From a virus (taxonomy: Duplodnaviria > Caudoviricetes): a stretch of 26,215 bases of DNA. The translations under genes and the position numbers were made by a program. Positions 1 through 8,861 of this stretch are shown here, one piece after another. The first letter of the stretch is position 1; the number at the start of each line of letters is the position of its first letter. The notes under the pieces are model-generated. The model ran no database searches. It was not told where the DNA came from and worked only from the letters and a program-made list of their open reading frames with translations. The stretch is taken from positions 1 through 26,215 of the IMG/VR virus record IMGVR_UViG_3300035491_000117; one strand, 5' to 3'.

Positions 1-2537
1 TGGTAGAGTACCTTCTTGTTAAAGTACTCACGCTTGTTGTTGGAATACTTCACATGTTGTTCGATATCGTTACAACTGAAGTAGATAAACTCAGGTGTTA
101 CATCAGGCCAATCTTTGAGAGGTCTAGTACGACCCAGGACCTGTTCATTGGATTGACGAGAATCTACCGCAGTGGTCATGAAAGAACAACGTAGGTTAGG
201 AATATCGATGGCAGTACCGGCTGAACCAATGGTGGAGACAGTGATATCAGCATCGATGATATCCTCGTAAGGATCACCCTCTGAACCAACGTAGCGCACG
301 ATCTCCAATTCAGGATACATCTTCTTCAACCGCTCGACCATCATGGTACAGAGATCAACACGGGCGAAAAAGACTAGTGCTTTCTGCCCTTCCTCACGGT
401 GCTGTACGTAGTGTGAATAAATCGCAGCATCGATGATCTTCATATAGCTCTTGAGGATCCCCTTATGCCGCATGATCGATTCTTCATACGTAGTGTGACT
501 ATATCCTTGCCCACCCATGAATCTCAGGGTGACATCGTCAGCCATACTGTAACGTACTTCGGTGACACCGATATACACGTTATAACCACCACCGTCATGT
601 CGCTGAGTGATGGGGTAGGCCAGGTCATACATACGGTTTTTGAATGCATCGGATGATGTCATCGTTGCCGACAGACCTAACGACTTTGGTACGTGGGTGT
701 GGATGTCGATCTTGAAGTTGTTATGGAACTCTTGATGAAGCTCGTCAGTGACTCTGAAACCCACTTGTAGGGTAGGGTAGAAATCGATGGGCTTTATCGG
801 ATACAGCTTTGAGCGACCATTGGTTTCTTCATAGTCCTTGATGTAATCACGCATTGTTGCTGAACTAATGATAATTACCTGAGCTTTCAATGTACCCTCA
901 AGGGCCATCGTCTGGAGCGCTATCATGTCCTTAGCACCACGGACAATGAAGAACTCGCCACGTTTGAAATTGAACGTTTTTTCCAGATCGTCCTTCCATC
1001 GACTGACATAACCACCTTTGAAATGGAGGACTGTACGACAACCGAGTTTATTCATGCAATACTGAGCTACGAAGGTATTGTGCGTGACGATGAAGTCCTT
1101 GGTCACGTAAAGATGTTCAGGGTGTTCCACCATAATGCATACGGCATCATCAAGGTCCACCGCTTCAATCGACTTGACTTGAAGTTTCAGCTTGTGCGAG
1201 TACTGATTCGCATCATTTACGCGAGCAAGCTTTTTCGGTAGGCTGACTGCATCGCTGGGTTTGGGTAGACGGATGTAGACGTTGTACGCCAACTGTCCGT
1301 CCTTCTTCTCTCCATTGTGAGTGTAGACTGGATTCTTGGTACGAATCCGGGCCATACCCCCGAGCGAGCGAACCAGATACTGGACGTCTTTGGCCAGTTG
1401 CTCACTGATGGTGCAGTAGGAGATCGTGCCGTGTCCGTTAACATACCCGTCCGTATCGACTAGGCCCTTGAGCAGTTCCTTACGCTGTTCAATTGAAGAC
1501 TCCAGGTACATATACGGGATAAATTTGTCAACAGCAGAACATCCAAACAAACCAAGATACTCAAGGTCCGCGTGTATGGCGTTGTATCTCCGATTGCCGC
1601 TAATGCGGTAGCTATAACGACCCGCCCAAACCAACTTCTGACCGTACGTCAATTTGGAGTTAACCTTATCGACGATGAACTGGTCTGGAGTTGTTACAGT
1701 TACTTGTCGCTGCGTAAAACTACCATCACCTATCAACACCCCTAATAACCAAGGGTCTATGGGAAGGTCTTGTTCAGGAATATCTTCCGGGTCCATTAAA
1801 GGGATGTAGACTCTCGGATTGGGCATTGAAATAAGGCGCTTGAGTTCAAGCGTATCCCTAACCTTCCAACGACAGTGTTCTTGTGTATTGACGTAATATG
1901 ACTGCCAAAGATGCTCAGCCCCAACGTCAACAAACCGACCATCGTAGAAGGTCACCCGATAAAGCTGCTGCTTCCCCTGAGGGAACACACCAAGTACCTT
2001 GGTCGGTTTCCCATCTCGTGCGATGACATAATCACCTTCTTTAAGTTTCCCGATTCGCTTCCAACCACCCGGAATACGGACACGGTTAGTAGCCCTTTCC
2101 ATCTTACCCCCACCTGTTTGCAGGGTGACCATCTTAATGACAGGGTCGTATTTACCTGTATCGTTCGATAGGACGTAATCAATGATCCCGACCTGAATAG
2201 GTCTGGGTTCATGCATCTTACAGATGCTGAACACCGTGTCGAATATCTTGATCTCAGAAGGATCATGGTGAGTTATCTCGACCAAGCGTTCCACATAACC
2301 CTGTTTCTTGAACAGAAAGAACTTAAGCTCTTCCAACTGGTTACGGTGGAAGTGGAACGTCTTACGATTTCGAGTAGCGGACGCATAAGTCCTTAGTCCT
2401 TTTGGGACAAACCGTTTACCTTTCTTTTCTAAACCAAATTCTACTAAGGGTTTACAAAATGCCATCATGGCATGTAAGTCCCGTTCAGTCGTGACATCAC
2501 TTACTACCAATGCGTGACTGTAGACGTCTATTTTCAT
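1..2537 (-). CDS. SF2 (DExH) helicase, phiKZ gp75-like, intein-containing precursor; 3' end runs past the window edge
   Basis: Hand translation from ATG 2537 (GGAG RBS at 2544-2547, in-frame TAA just upstream) is open to base 1: MKIDVYSHAL...EPRPIQ...VTLQTGGGK-[intein]-TFVAQ (Walker A), VTDELH (motif II), GLSAT (III), STIGSAGTAIDIPNL (V), EQVLGRTR (VI). Absent from the ORF track because there is no stop in the window. Confidence 0.93.
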   Translation of the reverse strand, partial: MKIDVYSHALVVSDVTTERDLHAMMAFCKPLVEFGLEKKGKRFVPKGLRTYASATRNRKTFHFHRNQLEELKFFLFKKQGYVERLVEITHHDPSEIKIFDTVFSICKMHEPRPIQVGIIDYVLSNDTGKYDPVIKMVTLQTGGGKMERATNRVRIPGGWKRIGKLKEGDYVIARDGKPTKVLGVFPQGKQQLYRVTFYDGRFVDVGAEHLWQSYYVNTQEHCRWKVRDTLELKRLISMPNPRVYIPLMDPEDIPEQDLPIDPWLLGVLIGDGSFTQRQVTVTTPDQFIVDKVNSKLTYGQKLVWAGRYSYRISGNRRYNAIHADLEYLGLFGCSAVDKFIPYMYLESSIEQRKELLKGLVDTDGYVNGHGTISYCTISEQLAKDVQYLVRSLGGMARIRTKNPVYTHNGEKKDGQLAYNVYIRLPKPSDAVSLPKKLARVNDANQYSHKLKLQVKSIEAVDLDDAVCIMVEHPEHLYVTKDFIVTHNTFVAQYCMNKLGCRTVLHFKGGYVSRWKDDLEKTFNFKRGEFFIVRGAKDMIALQTMALEGTLKAQVIIISSATMRDYIKDYEETNGRSKLYPIKPIDFYPTLQVGFRVTDELHQEFHNNFKIDIHTHVPKSLGLSATMTSSDAFKNRMYDLAYPITQRHDGGGYNVYIGVTEVRYSMADDVTLRFMGGQGYSHTTYEESIMRHKGILKSYMKIIDAAIYSHYVQHREEGQKALVFFARVDLCTMMVERLKKMYPELEIVRYVGSEGDPYEDIIDADITVSTIGSAGTAIDIPNLRCSFMTTAVDSRQSNEQVLGRTRPLKDWPDVTPEFIYFSCNDIEQHVKYSNNKREYFNKKVLY
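1077..2102 (-). mobile_element. Intein (342 aa), class-3 type, with LAGLIDADG homing endonuclease, inserted in the helicase Walker A motif (GGGK|T)
   Basis: In-frame 1026-nt insert: block A MERATNRVRIPGGWKRIGKLKEGDYV, block B GAEHLW, LAGLIDADG blocks WLLGVLIGDGS and LLKGLVDTDGY, block H TISEQLAKDVQYLVRSLG, block F AVCIMVEHPEHLYVT, block G FIVTHN followed by +1 Thr. Removing it restores QTGGGKT. Confidence 0.93.
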
Positions 2538-2629
2538 ACGACACTCCGTTACTTACGCCATATGTCTTCTTACATAAGACTCCCTGAAAAAATGATAAAA
2601 AACTAAGTCCACCAGAGTCCATGGGCGTC

Positions 2630-2719
2630 TCAGGACGTCCATTTGACCGGAGATGGAAAACCCATTTCGATACCGACGGCATCAAGAAAACTTCGGATAT
2701 GTTTGATTGTCAAGATCAT
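2630..2719 (-). CDS. Possible 29-aa small protein (MILTIKHIRSFLDAVGIEMGFPSPVKWTS)
   Basis: Strong AAGGAG Shine-Dalgarno at 2727-2732 upstream of TTG/ATG. Fills the intergenic gap between a terminator and the helicase. No homology evidence. Confidence 0.35.
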   Translation of the reverse strand: MILTIKHIRSFLDAVGIEMGFPSPVKWTS

Positions 2720-2736
2720 CAAATTTCTCCTTTCGG

Positions 2737-2766
2737 AATAAATAGGGAGGGCCGAAGCCCTCCCTA
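2737..2766 (-). terminator. Intrinsic terminator-like hairpin after the nvRNAP beta'-C gene
   Basis: Minus strand TAGGGAGGGC-TTCG-GCCCTCCCTA (10-bp stem, cUUCGg loop) followed by TTTATT, 3 nt after the stop at 2770. Confidence 0.8.
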
Positions 2767-2769
2767 CGA

Positions 2770-4851
2770 TCAGATGACTTCTGGATAAATGAATGGATCC
2801 AACAACCCTTGCGGACGATTTGTCAACAGGTATGTATCAGGATCTTCGATTGTATCCGGTTGACGTTCGTAGGCCATTTGCTGACCCAATGAACGGTATT
2901 GCATCAGTGCTCGGTGTTCCTCGAACTTCTCAGGACGATCCCATGCAGGTAACCCATAGTCGTCTGGATCATCGGCAGGCCGCATCATACTCAGGAGGAT
3001 GACCTCCAGGTGACTGATATGTACCCAGAGCTGGGAGTTCACCAGATCACTGAAATCCAGCAATGCATCCACTGGATTACGATAGCTGGTCAACAATTTA
3101 CCAGTAAACCCTGACCGTTCAGCATCCTTCCGATCCTTTTTGGAGGGGGAACGAATGAATGCTTCTACCGCCGCCATGAAGTCCAGCGTACTGGCGTGTC
3201 GACGCGGCAATGAGAACGCAGGTGCAGCAAAGTTCCATTCTGCCAGGTTGATGCAGTAATTCCCTTCGTCATCCAAAGCGTATCCATACTGCTGGATATG
3301 TTTGAGCATGATGCGGGACAACGAACCCATACGAGCACCTTGACTCACCGGAATGGTGACCTCGGTCGTTTCATTACGCAGGTTGGTGACCCGCAAGGAA
3401 ACTTCCTTAAAGGAGGTGAAGCGATGGATGTTGAGACGCTCGATCTCAGTGCTGGTTGTGATGCTGGCCAAGTTAGACCCATTATCAACGTTCTTGTCTG
3501 GATCACCGGACAAGATAAGGACAGGACACATCTCCGAGATACGTGGATTGAACTTGATCAGCGAACTCTCACTTTCATTAGCAGCTATGTCCGCGCCGAT
3601 ATCAGTTTCACTGAACCCGTTACTATCTTCAGGATCAATAGCACAGATACTGATGTACGGTAGATTCTCATCGTCAATGATGATTTCATCCACGACCGAC
3701 GAACCATCCAAGTGTTTTACCGACAAGGTTCTCTGAGAACCCTCTCGACACATTTCAGTGGCACTAAGATGTCCGATGGACGTACCAACCGGAACAGACC
3801 AGGCCAGTTCACCGAAACACACGTGACATACCCGACCTTCTCCACGGTGCTTACAGAACATCGACGAGCGGAACAACAGTGTCTTACCAACCAACTTAGA
3901 CTTGTCACGCAGTTCGAGTGGGGTCAGTTTATTCTTCTCATTCAGATAAAACTTACCTTCCAGATGAGGGAATATTGATGAATCCACATGGATCTCAGCG
4001 TAGCGATCAGATCCGCAGTCATCCCATGACAGAGTGTGGACTACCGTACTGGACAGCTGCATCTTGCGGTTAAAGTACTCCACAATTCGCAGTGGTTTCT
4101 TGGTGAACATCAATGCTTTCTTGGCAGAGCACGATTCAATCATGATATCGTGGAGAAGGGTCATGCCCTCAAAGAAACCAGTGACGATCGGTTTACGGAA
4201 GATCACCTGGTCTGCATCGGTCAGATAACCACGACATACCAGAATCTGCAAGAACTGACCCATCTTAATCTGTCCACTCCGCAGACCCCTGACGATGGGG
4301 TTATGGAGGATGGCAGGATCTTTCATCAGGATATGACTGGAGCGGTCATATGCCTTGGTGATGGATAATTGATTGGGTTCGATACTGGCACGAATCTCAG
4401 CCAATGGCGGATAATCATACAGCTCAAGAAGATGGAACGCATTGATACTGACATGCCACTCCTCGAGATAGATGGACATCGTGTTGTAGATCTCCTGGCC
4501 GATGTCCTTTGCCACCATCCACGCTCCTTCACGATCGTAACAGCTATCGTGGTCTCCTTGGGCATGTTGTGGATTGAAGTACGTGTAATGCAGATCCTTG
4601 AGGATATTGGAGAGGGTTTTGGGGATCATATCGGCATTTGGGAAATCGTTTCCGATATGGTGATTGATGTTGAGTGGAGTGCGAGGGAACTTACGATGCA
4701 GTTCCCAACAGAACCAACTCAACACAGTACGACGGGTGTTGGTAACCAACACCCCATCGTCGAATTCAATCTCCAGCTTCTCGTCGGGGAGAGATGCCAT
4801 CTCCCCGACGATATCACGGTTCATGAAATCACGTGCATTGATTTTGCGCAT
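2770..4851 (-). CDS. Non-virion RNA polymerase beta'-like subunit, C-terminal part (phiKZ gp74-like)
   Basis: 693 aa. Zn-site cysteines DDCG...CKHRGEGRVCHVCFG, bridge-helix-like EYFNRKMQL, trigger-loop-like SQRTLSVKH. Lies between the beta-C gene and the SF2 helicase, as in phiKZ. Confidence 0.88.
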   Translation of the reverse strand: MRKINARDFMNRDIVGEMASLPDEKLEIEFDDGVLVTNTRRTVLSWFCWELHRKFPRTPLNINHHIGNDFPNADMIPKTLSNILKDLHYTYFNPQHAQGDHDSCYDREGAWMVAKDIGQEIYNTMSIYLEEWHVSINAFHLLELYDYPPLAEIRASIEPNQLSITKAYDRSSHILMKDPAILHNPIVRGLRSGQIKMGQFLQILVCRGYLTDADQVIFRKPIVTGFFEGMTLLHDIMIESCSAKKALMFTKKPLRIVEYFNRKMQLSSTVVHTLSWDDCGSDRYAEIHVDSSIFPHLEGKFYLNEKNKLTPLELRDKSKLVGKTLLFRSSMFCKHRGEGRVCHVCFGELAWSVPVGTSIGHLSATEMCREGSQRTLSVKHLDGSSVVDEIIIDDENLPYISICAIDPEDSNGFSETDIGADIAANESESSLIKFNPRISEMCPVLILSGDPDKNVDNGSNLASITTSTEIERLNIHRFTSFKEVSLRVTNLRNETTEVTIPVSQGARMGSLSRIMLKHIQQYGYALDDEGNYCINLAEWNFAAPAFSLPRRHASTLDFMAAVEAFIRSPSKKDRKDAERSGFTGKLLTSYRNPVDALLDFSDLVNSQLWVHISHLEVILLSMMRPADDPDDYGLPAWDRPEKFEEHRALMQYRSLGQQMAYERQPDTIEDPDTYLLTNRPQGLLDPFIYPEVI

Positions 4852-4864
4852 CTACCTAACTCCA

Positions 4865-7054
4865 TTATTCGTTGCTGTATTCTTTACCGGAACATTGGAA
4901 CATGTGACGTACATATGCCAACGGACGATGTCCACCCACTGGAACAACTGTCCGATCCAACACTTCCTCGATATTGGTTGGGGTCGGGTGATTGATGATG
5001 TTGTTCAGGATATATCGCTGAGCGATAGGGTTGTTACCGGCATCCACGTAGTCAGCCAGAGCAGCACCACCAACAGCAGCTGCCATTGCACGAATCTCGG
5101 ATTCGCCTTCGCGCGGGTTGGCATGGCGACCGGGTACATCGTACTTATCATTGTTATTCAAACGCGCAGTGGTACCAAAGACGTTATACTTCGCAGAACC
5201 AGCAGCCATCCATGAATCTTCAGCCGTCTTCTCAAGGTTGATGTAATACGATGGACCGATCAACATAGGTTCTCGTGTTACCTTCATTTTACCATCACGT
5301 CCACGGAAACGCACAGGTGTGATGAATGGAGGCCAACGTTCCTTGATAGTACGGATAACATCGGGGATGTTAACTGGGTTATCTGGTGGGAAGAACATAT
5401 CCAGACCGTACATGTGATCATGGAGGACTGAAATCACGTGCTGGTATTTGTGATCTGGATTCTTCTTCAAGAATTCAGGGTCCTGCATGGCTTTCGCCTG
5501 CAAAGGACAGACGACCTTGTAGAACTCCATCAACTCGTCATACGCCCTATCCACCACATCGGCGTAGCCAGACGACATGACCACATCTTCACACTCTTCC
5601 TCGGTGAGCTGAATGTTTCGATCATATCCGAACCACTCCTGGATACGCTTACCCAAATCACGAGCAGCGGCTCCGATGAGGACCTCGATTGGGGATGGTG
5701 CGGTCACCCGGTTCCAGCGGGAATTTGGATCAGCGACGATGTCTGCCACCACACCGTTCTCATCCACCGGCATATCTTCGTCGTCCACCACCTCGACGAC
5801 AATGGACTTATCACCATGGATATCAGTGATCTTATACCCTTTATTAGGTACCGACAGATACTTGAACTTGATGGTGACTCGCCATGCATCGAGTCTTACA
5901 CCATGATACACCTTTTCTACTTTACCACCATTGTCGTCTACACGACGATTAAACCCACCATCCACTTTGGCATAGTTGGGACCTACCCTGGCAATGGCAT
6001 CGAAGATAAGTGATGTAAGTGCAGGCTCCAGATTAAGAGTTGCTTTACGTTGAGCATAACGCTTACGCAGATCAACCCATACGTCAATGATACGTTTGTA
6101 CCACTCGGTATCAGCGTTGTAATACTTCAACAACTGATCTTCCATCCCCACCGGCAATGGCGGGATGCTAACCGCAGTATTACGCTCCACAACGACGTCA
6201 ATGACTTCAGCATCAGGATGCTGCACATAACGTTTCTTGTCGAAGATATAATCAGGTTGTTGCAGTGATTCGACCGTCATATTCGAGACAGCACTGATAG
6301 GATCATAACGCCGTAGTGATACCAGGCGCCCTGATGAATCAATACGGTCACCGATGTCCGGAATGCACTTGTAGACGTCAGGACGGGTAGATTGGTTGAT
6401 AGGGAAGTACTCACGACCAAACTCGAAGACGCGTGTCTCGAAGCCGGTAGGAGCCAGTTTCTCCATGAAACCACGCCGAACCTTTACCCCATCCTCAGTA
6501 CCTGCTACATCAGATGCAAGTAGCAAGTTAGCCTCAAGACCATACATGTACGCCTGGTCATCCGAGATATTAGGTGATTGTGCTAACACCGTGCCTTTTG
6601 CAAAACGAGCACCCTTGCGAATGCGTTCAAGGACATCTCGGTTTCGTTTATATTCCGTGCCGAAATGTTGGTGGGTGATGTTGTGGTCTTCGAGCATCAA
6701 CAAACCGATGCTCCCGGTTTCGCGGTTCTCGTAGATAATGGCTGTCTGAGGACTGTGTCGAATACGGTTGGCGCCAGCAGTGTTGGCAAAGCGCGGTAGA
6801 ACCTCGAGTACCTCCACGTCAGATTTAAACTCTACCCTGAACGTGGAACCGGTAAAACGACGCTCCATGCCAGTATAGATTCGTTTACGACTAGGTTCTT
6901 TGATAACGACCATGGCAGCCAGGTTACCAGTGAACATAGCAGCACGGGAAGCCGAGATACCTCGAATGAACGGATTGAGACCGTAGAGCGACATCAGTTC
7001 TGGATGAAGCTCAGGACGTGGACTTCCCAGATTGATAGAATCTTCGTTGCTCAT
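4865..7054 (-). CDS. Non-virion RNA polymerase beta-like subunit, C-terminal part (phiKZ gp71-73-like), uninterrupted
   Basis: Beta motifs SRAAMFTGN, TGMER, YGLEAN...GTEDG, GYKITDIHGDKSIV (cf. GDK..RHGQKG), IGPSYYINLEK, REGESE. Start placed at ATG 7054 (MSNEDS, GGAG RBS) rather than the TTG at 7120 in the track. Confidence 0.92.
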   Translation of the reverse strand: MSNEDSINLGSPRPELHPELMSLYGLNPFIRGISASRAAMFTGNLAAMVVIKEPSRKRIYTGMERRFTGSTFRVEFKSDVEVLEVLPRFANTAGANRIRHSPQTAIIYENRETGSIGLLMLEDHNITHQHFGTEYKRNRDVLERIRKGARFAKGTVLAQSPNISDDQAYMYGLEANLLLASDVAGTEDGVKVRRGFMEKLAPTGFETRVFEFGREYFPINQSTRPDVYKCIPDIGDRIDSSGRLVSLRRYDPISAVSNMTVESLQQPDYIFDKKRYVQHPDAEVIDVVVERNTAVSIPPLPVGMEDQLLKYYNADTEWYKRIIDVWVDLRKRYAQRKATLNLEPALTSLIFDAIARVGPNYAKVDGGFNRRVDDNGGKVEKVYHGVRLDAWRVTIKFKYLSVPNKGYKITDIHGDKSIVVEVVDDEDMPVDENGVVADIVADPNSRWNRVTAPSPIEVLIGAAARDLGKRIQEWFGYDRNIQLTEEECEDVVMSSGYADVVDRAYDELMEFYKVVCPLQAKAMQDPEFLKKNPDHKYQHVISVLHDHMYGLDMFFPPDNPVNIPDVIRTIKERWPPFITPVRFRGRDGKMKVTREPMLIGPSYYINLEKTAEDSWMAAGSAKYNVFGTTARLNNNDKYDVPGRHANPREGESEIRAMAAAVGGAALADYVDAGNNPIAQRYILNNIINHPTPTNIEEVLDRTVVPVGGHRPLAYVRHMFQCSGKEYSNE

Positions 7055-7091
7055 GGTTACTCCAGTAACAGATGGTTGATGTTTTACATCC

Positions 7092-7101
7092 AGATAATGT
7101 A
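7092..7101 (-). promoter_or_regulatory. Candidate phage promoter element TACATTATCT
   Basis: Identical 10-mer at 11945-11954. Both copies lie 34-38 nt upstream of nvRNAP subunit starts and resemble the phiKZ early promoter core TATATTAC. Confidence 0.45.
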
Positions 7102-7134
7102 GACTTGTAGATAATTTCAACCCGAGGAATGGTC

Positions 7135-7473
7135 ATGACTGACACACTACACTCGATGATGGTCTCCTCTGGAGCCACCATCTACCATAGCCCTGAGTTT
7201 TATCGGTTTGTGCGTAGTCACGAGCGACTCCTGAAAAGTGAATCGGTGCGCACCCCTTTAGATCCTGGCATGGTCTACAACTTCGAGCATAATTTCATCT
7301 CACTACTTATCGAAATGAAATTACCTCTTGAAAATCTGGCTTTTTTAATGGTGTGTAATGACATGGTGGATCCCACTGAATTAACGAGGGATATGAAGGA
7401 AATGGTATTGCCTCCAGAAAGTCGAATGGATAGCCTAAAGAATCTTTTCAGGCAACGCGAAGGTATTGTCTAG
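7135..7473 (+). CDS. Small hypothetical protein on the opposite strand (possibly a late/structural gene)
   Basis: Fills the gap between two minus-strand genes. GAGGA RBS 6 nt before ATG 7135 (alternative ATG 7129). Converges on the hairpin at 7486-7511. Confidence 0.75.
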   Translation: MTDTLHSMMVSSGATIYHSPEFYRFVRSHERLLKSESVRTPLDPGMVYNFEHNFISLLIEMKLPLENLAFLMVCNDMVDPTELTRDMKEMVLPPESRMDSLKNLFRQREGIV

Positions 7474-7476
7474 GTC

Positions 7477-7517
7477 AAAAGAATAAGAGGGGACGGATAT
7501 CCGTCCCCTCTATGCCG
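7477..7517. terminator. Palindromic hairpin between convergent genes, preceded on the minus strand by the CGGCATAGAG box
   Basis: AGAGGGGACGGAT/ATCCGTCCCCTCT perfect inverted repeat at 7486-7511. Minus strand continues TATTCTTTT. Confidence 0.8.
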
Positions 7518-7518
7518 C

Positions 7519-8847
7519 TTAGAACCGGCCGCTGCGATGACCCCGGCCGAAGTCGTCACGAGAGGAACGACCACCACGACCACGGTCACGCCCGCCACGA
7601 CGAATGTCGCGGCGACCGAAACGGTCATCGTCGAAACGATCACGACCGAAACGGTCATCACGATGACCCCGACCGAAGTCATCACGACCACCACAACGAT
7701 TGCGTTCACGCTCATCGAGTGTGATACCCCGGCGCTGCGTAGAAGGTTGTCGGCGGGTATCGTCACGACGATCAGAACGGATCGGTCGATCGGTACGTTC
7801 GGAACGCACCCGCTGCGCAGCTTCTTCTTCATCTTCCCAGGGCAGTGGTTCTACCGTTTCAGATACATCACTATCACGGGAAGCCGGTGGTGGGATCTTA
7901 CCAGCCAGACCACGAGGACGCTCCGTACTACCCTTACCTTCAGAGACGATGATGGCACCCTCGTTACCTTCCTGCGGTGGTACGACTCGACGGAGTTCGG
8001 CCAAGTTCTCCATTTCATTAGCCCAATCCAGATTCACTTTCAGGCGGGCAACCAGATCACTACCCAGGAGTTTACTGTGGGTATCGATCATGGAATTGAA
8101 ATGAACCGAGATGTTGTAATATCCGGACATCAGGGCATGAAAGTAAGGTGCCGTGTGGTTCTTGCTACCACAGTCGAATGAGGAACGTGTTTCCTCATCA
8201 CCGAACACCAATTCAAACAGCTTACGGATGTTACGGTGTACTTTCTTCGACGGCCATTTAGTTTCCATAATGGTCGGGGAGTCAGACAGAATCTCCTCCA
8301 TGATAGGAAACTTGAACTTGGCAATACGCAGAACACCATCGGATTTGTTTCCCTTATGGAGACCGATGTGGATCAGACGACGCTCCGGTTGAGGACCTAC
8401 CTTGGACAGGATCTTGTTTTCCAGGAATTCAGCTGTCTTGACGTCGAACTCAGGCAGTTCTGACAGAAACTTACTGGCCTTGGAGCCGAGTTTACTGTGC
8501 TGGTCCGGGCTGGCGGCGACGTTGGCCATGTTCTGGAGCAGGGTAGCTGCTACGATGGTGACACGGTACATGGCCGTATCACGCATGGCTTTGATCATGT
8601 CAGATTCGCTGCGAGTGATGTTCTCGGACAACGGATGGTACACGATTGTGTTTTCCGGCGGATTGCGTAGATTCTGAGGCGTCGGGAGGATCGCCCGTTT
8701 CTTGTTGACGATGAACGGTGTCAGGGTGTCGTCGAGGATATCCCGGCGACTGAGAAAACCTTCACCAGAGTCACTGAGAAAACCGTCGCCAGAGTCGACG
8801 ATGTTCAGTGACTCAAGAACACTTTTGTTGAACTCATGAATGTCCAT
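7519..8847 (-). CDS. Conserved chimallivirus protein (phiKZ gp70 position) with Arg/Asp/Gly-rich disordered C-terminus
   Basis: 442 aa, AAGGAG RBS. Located directly after the picA-like gene. Tail has repeated D(D/R)FGR units. Confidence 0.75.
   Translation of the reverse strand: MDIHEFNKSVLESLNIVDSGDGFLSDSGEGFLSRRDILDDTLTPFIVNKKRAILPTPQNLRNPPENTIVYHPLSENITRSESDMIKAMRDTAMYRVTIVAATLLQNMANVAASPDQHSKLGSKASKFLSELPEFDVKTAEFLENKILSKVGPQPERRLIHIGLHKGNKSDGVLRIAKFKFPIMEEILSDSPTIMETKWPSKKVHRNIRKLFELVFGDEETRSSFDCGSKNHTAPYFHALMSGYYNISVHFNSMIDTHSKLLGSDLVARLKVNLDWANEMENLAELRRVVPPQEGNEGAIIVSEGKGSTERPRGLAGKIPPPASRDSDVSETVEPLPWEDEEEAAQRVRSERTDRPIRSDRRDDTRRQPSTQRRGITLDERERNRCGGRDDFGRGHRDDRFGRDRFDDDRFGRRDIRRGGRDRGRGGRSSRDDFGRGHRSGRF
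8749..8796. repeat. 24-bp tandem duplication (2 copies, 2 mismatches) encoding DSGDGFLS-DSGEGFLS
   Basis: ACTGAGAAAACCTTCACCAGAGTC (8749-8772) and ACTGAGAAAACCGTCGCCAGAGTC (8773-8796). Confidence 0.9.
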
Positions 8848-8861
8848 TAACTGCTCCTTAT

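Noticed and set aside
465-2685. Short track ORFs in 465-2685 on both strands
   Set aside because: All but one lie within the continuous helicase-intein frame, which has clear motifs. The 2497-2685 ORF overlaps the helicase start, lacks an RBS and crosses U-rich intergenic sequence.
7530-7700. Repetitive GACC/GACG DNA resembling a repeat array or CRISPR
   Set aside because: Irregular, codon-phased repeats encoding the RDDFGR tail. No constant repeat with unique spacers.
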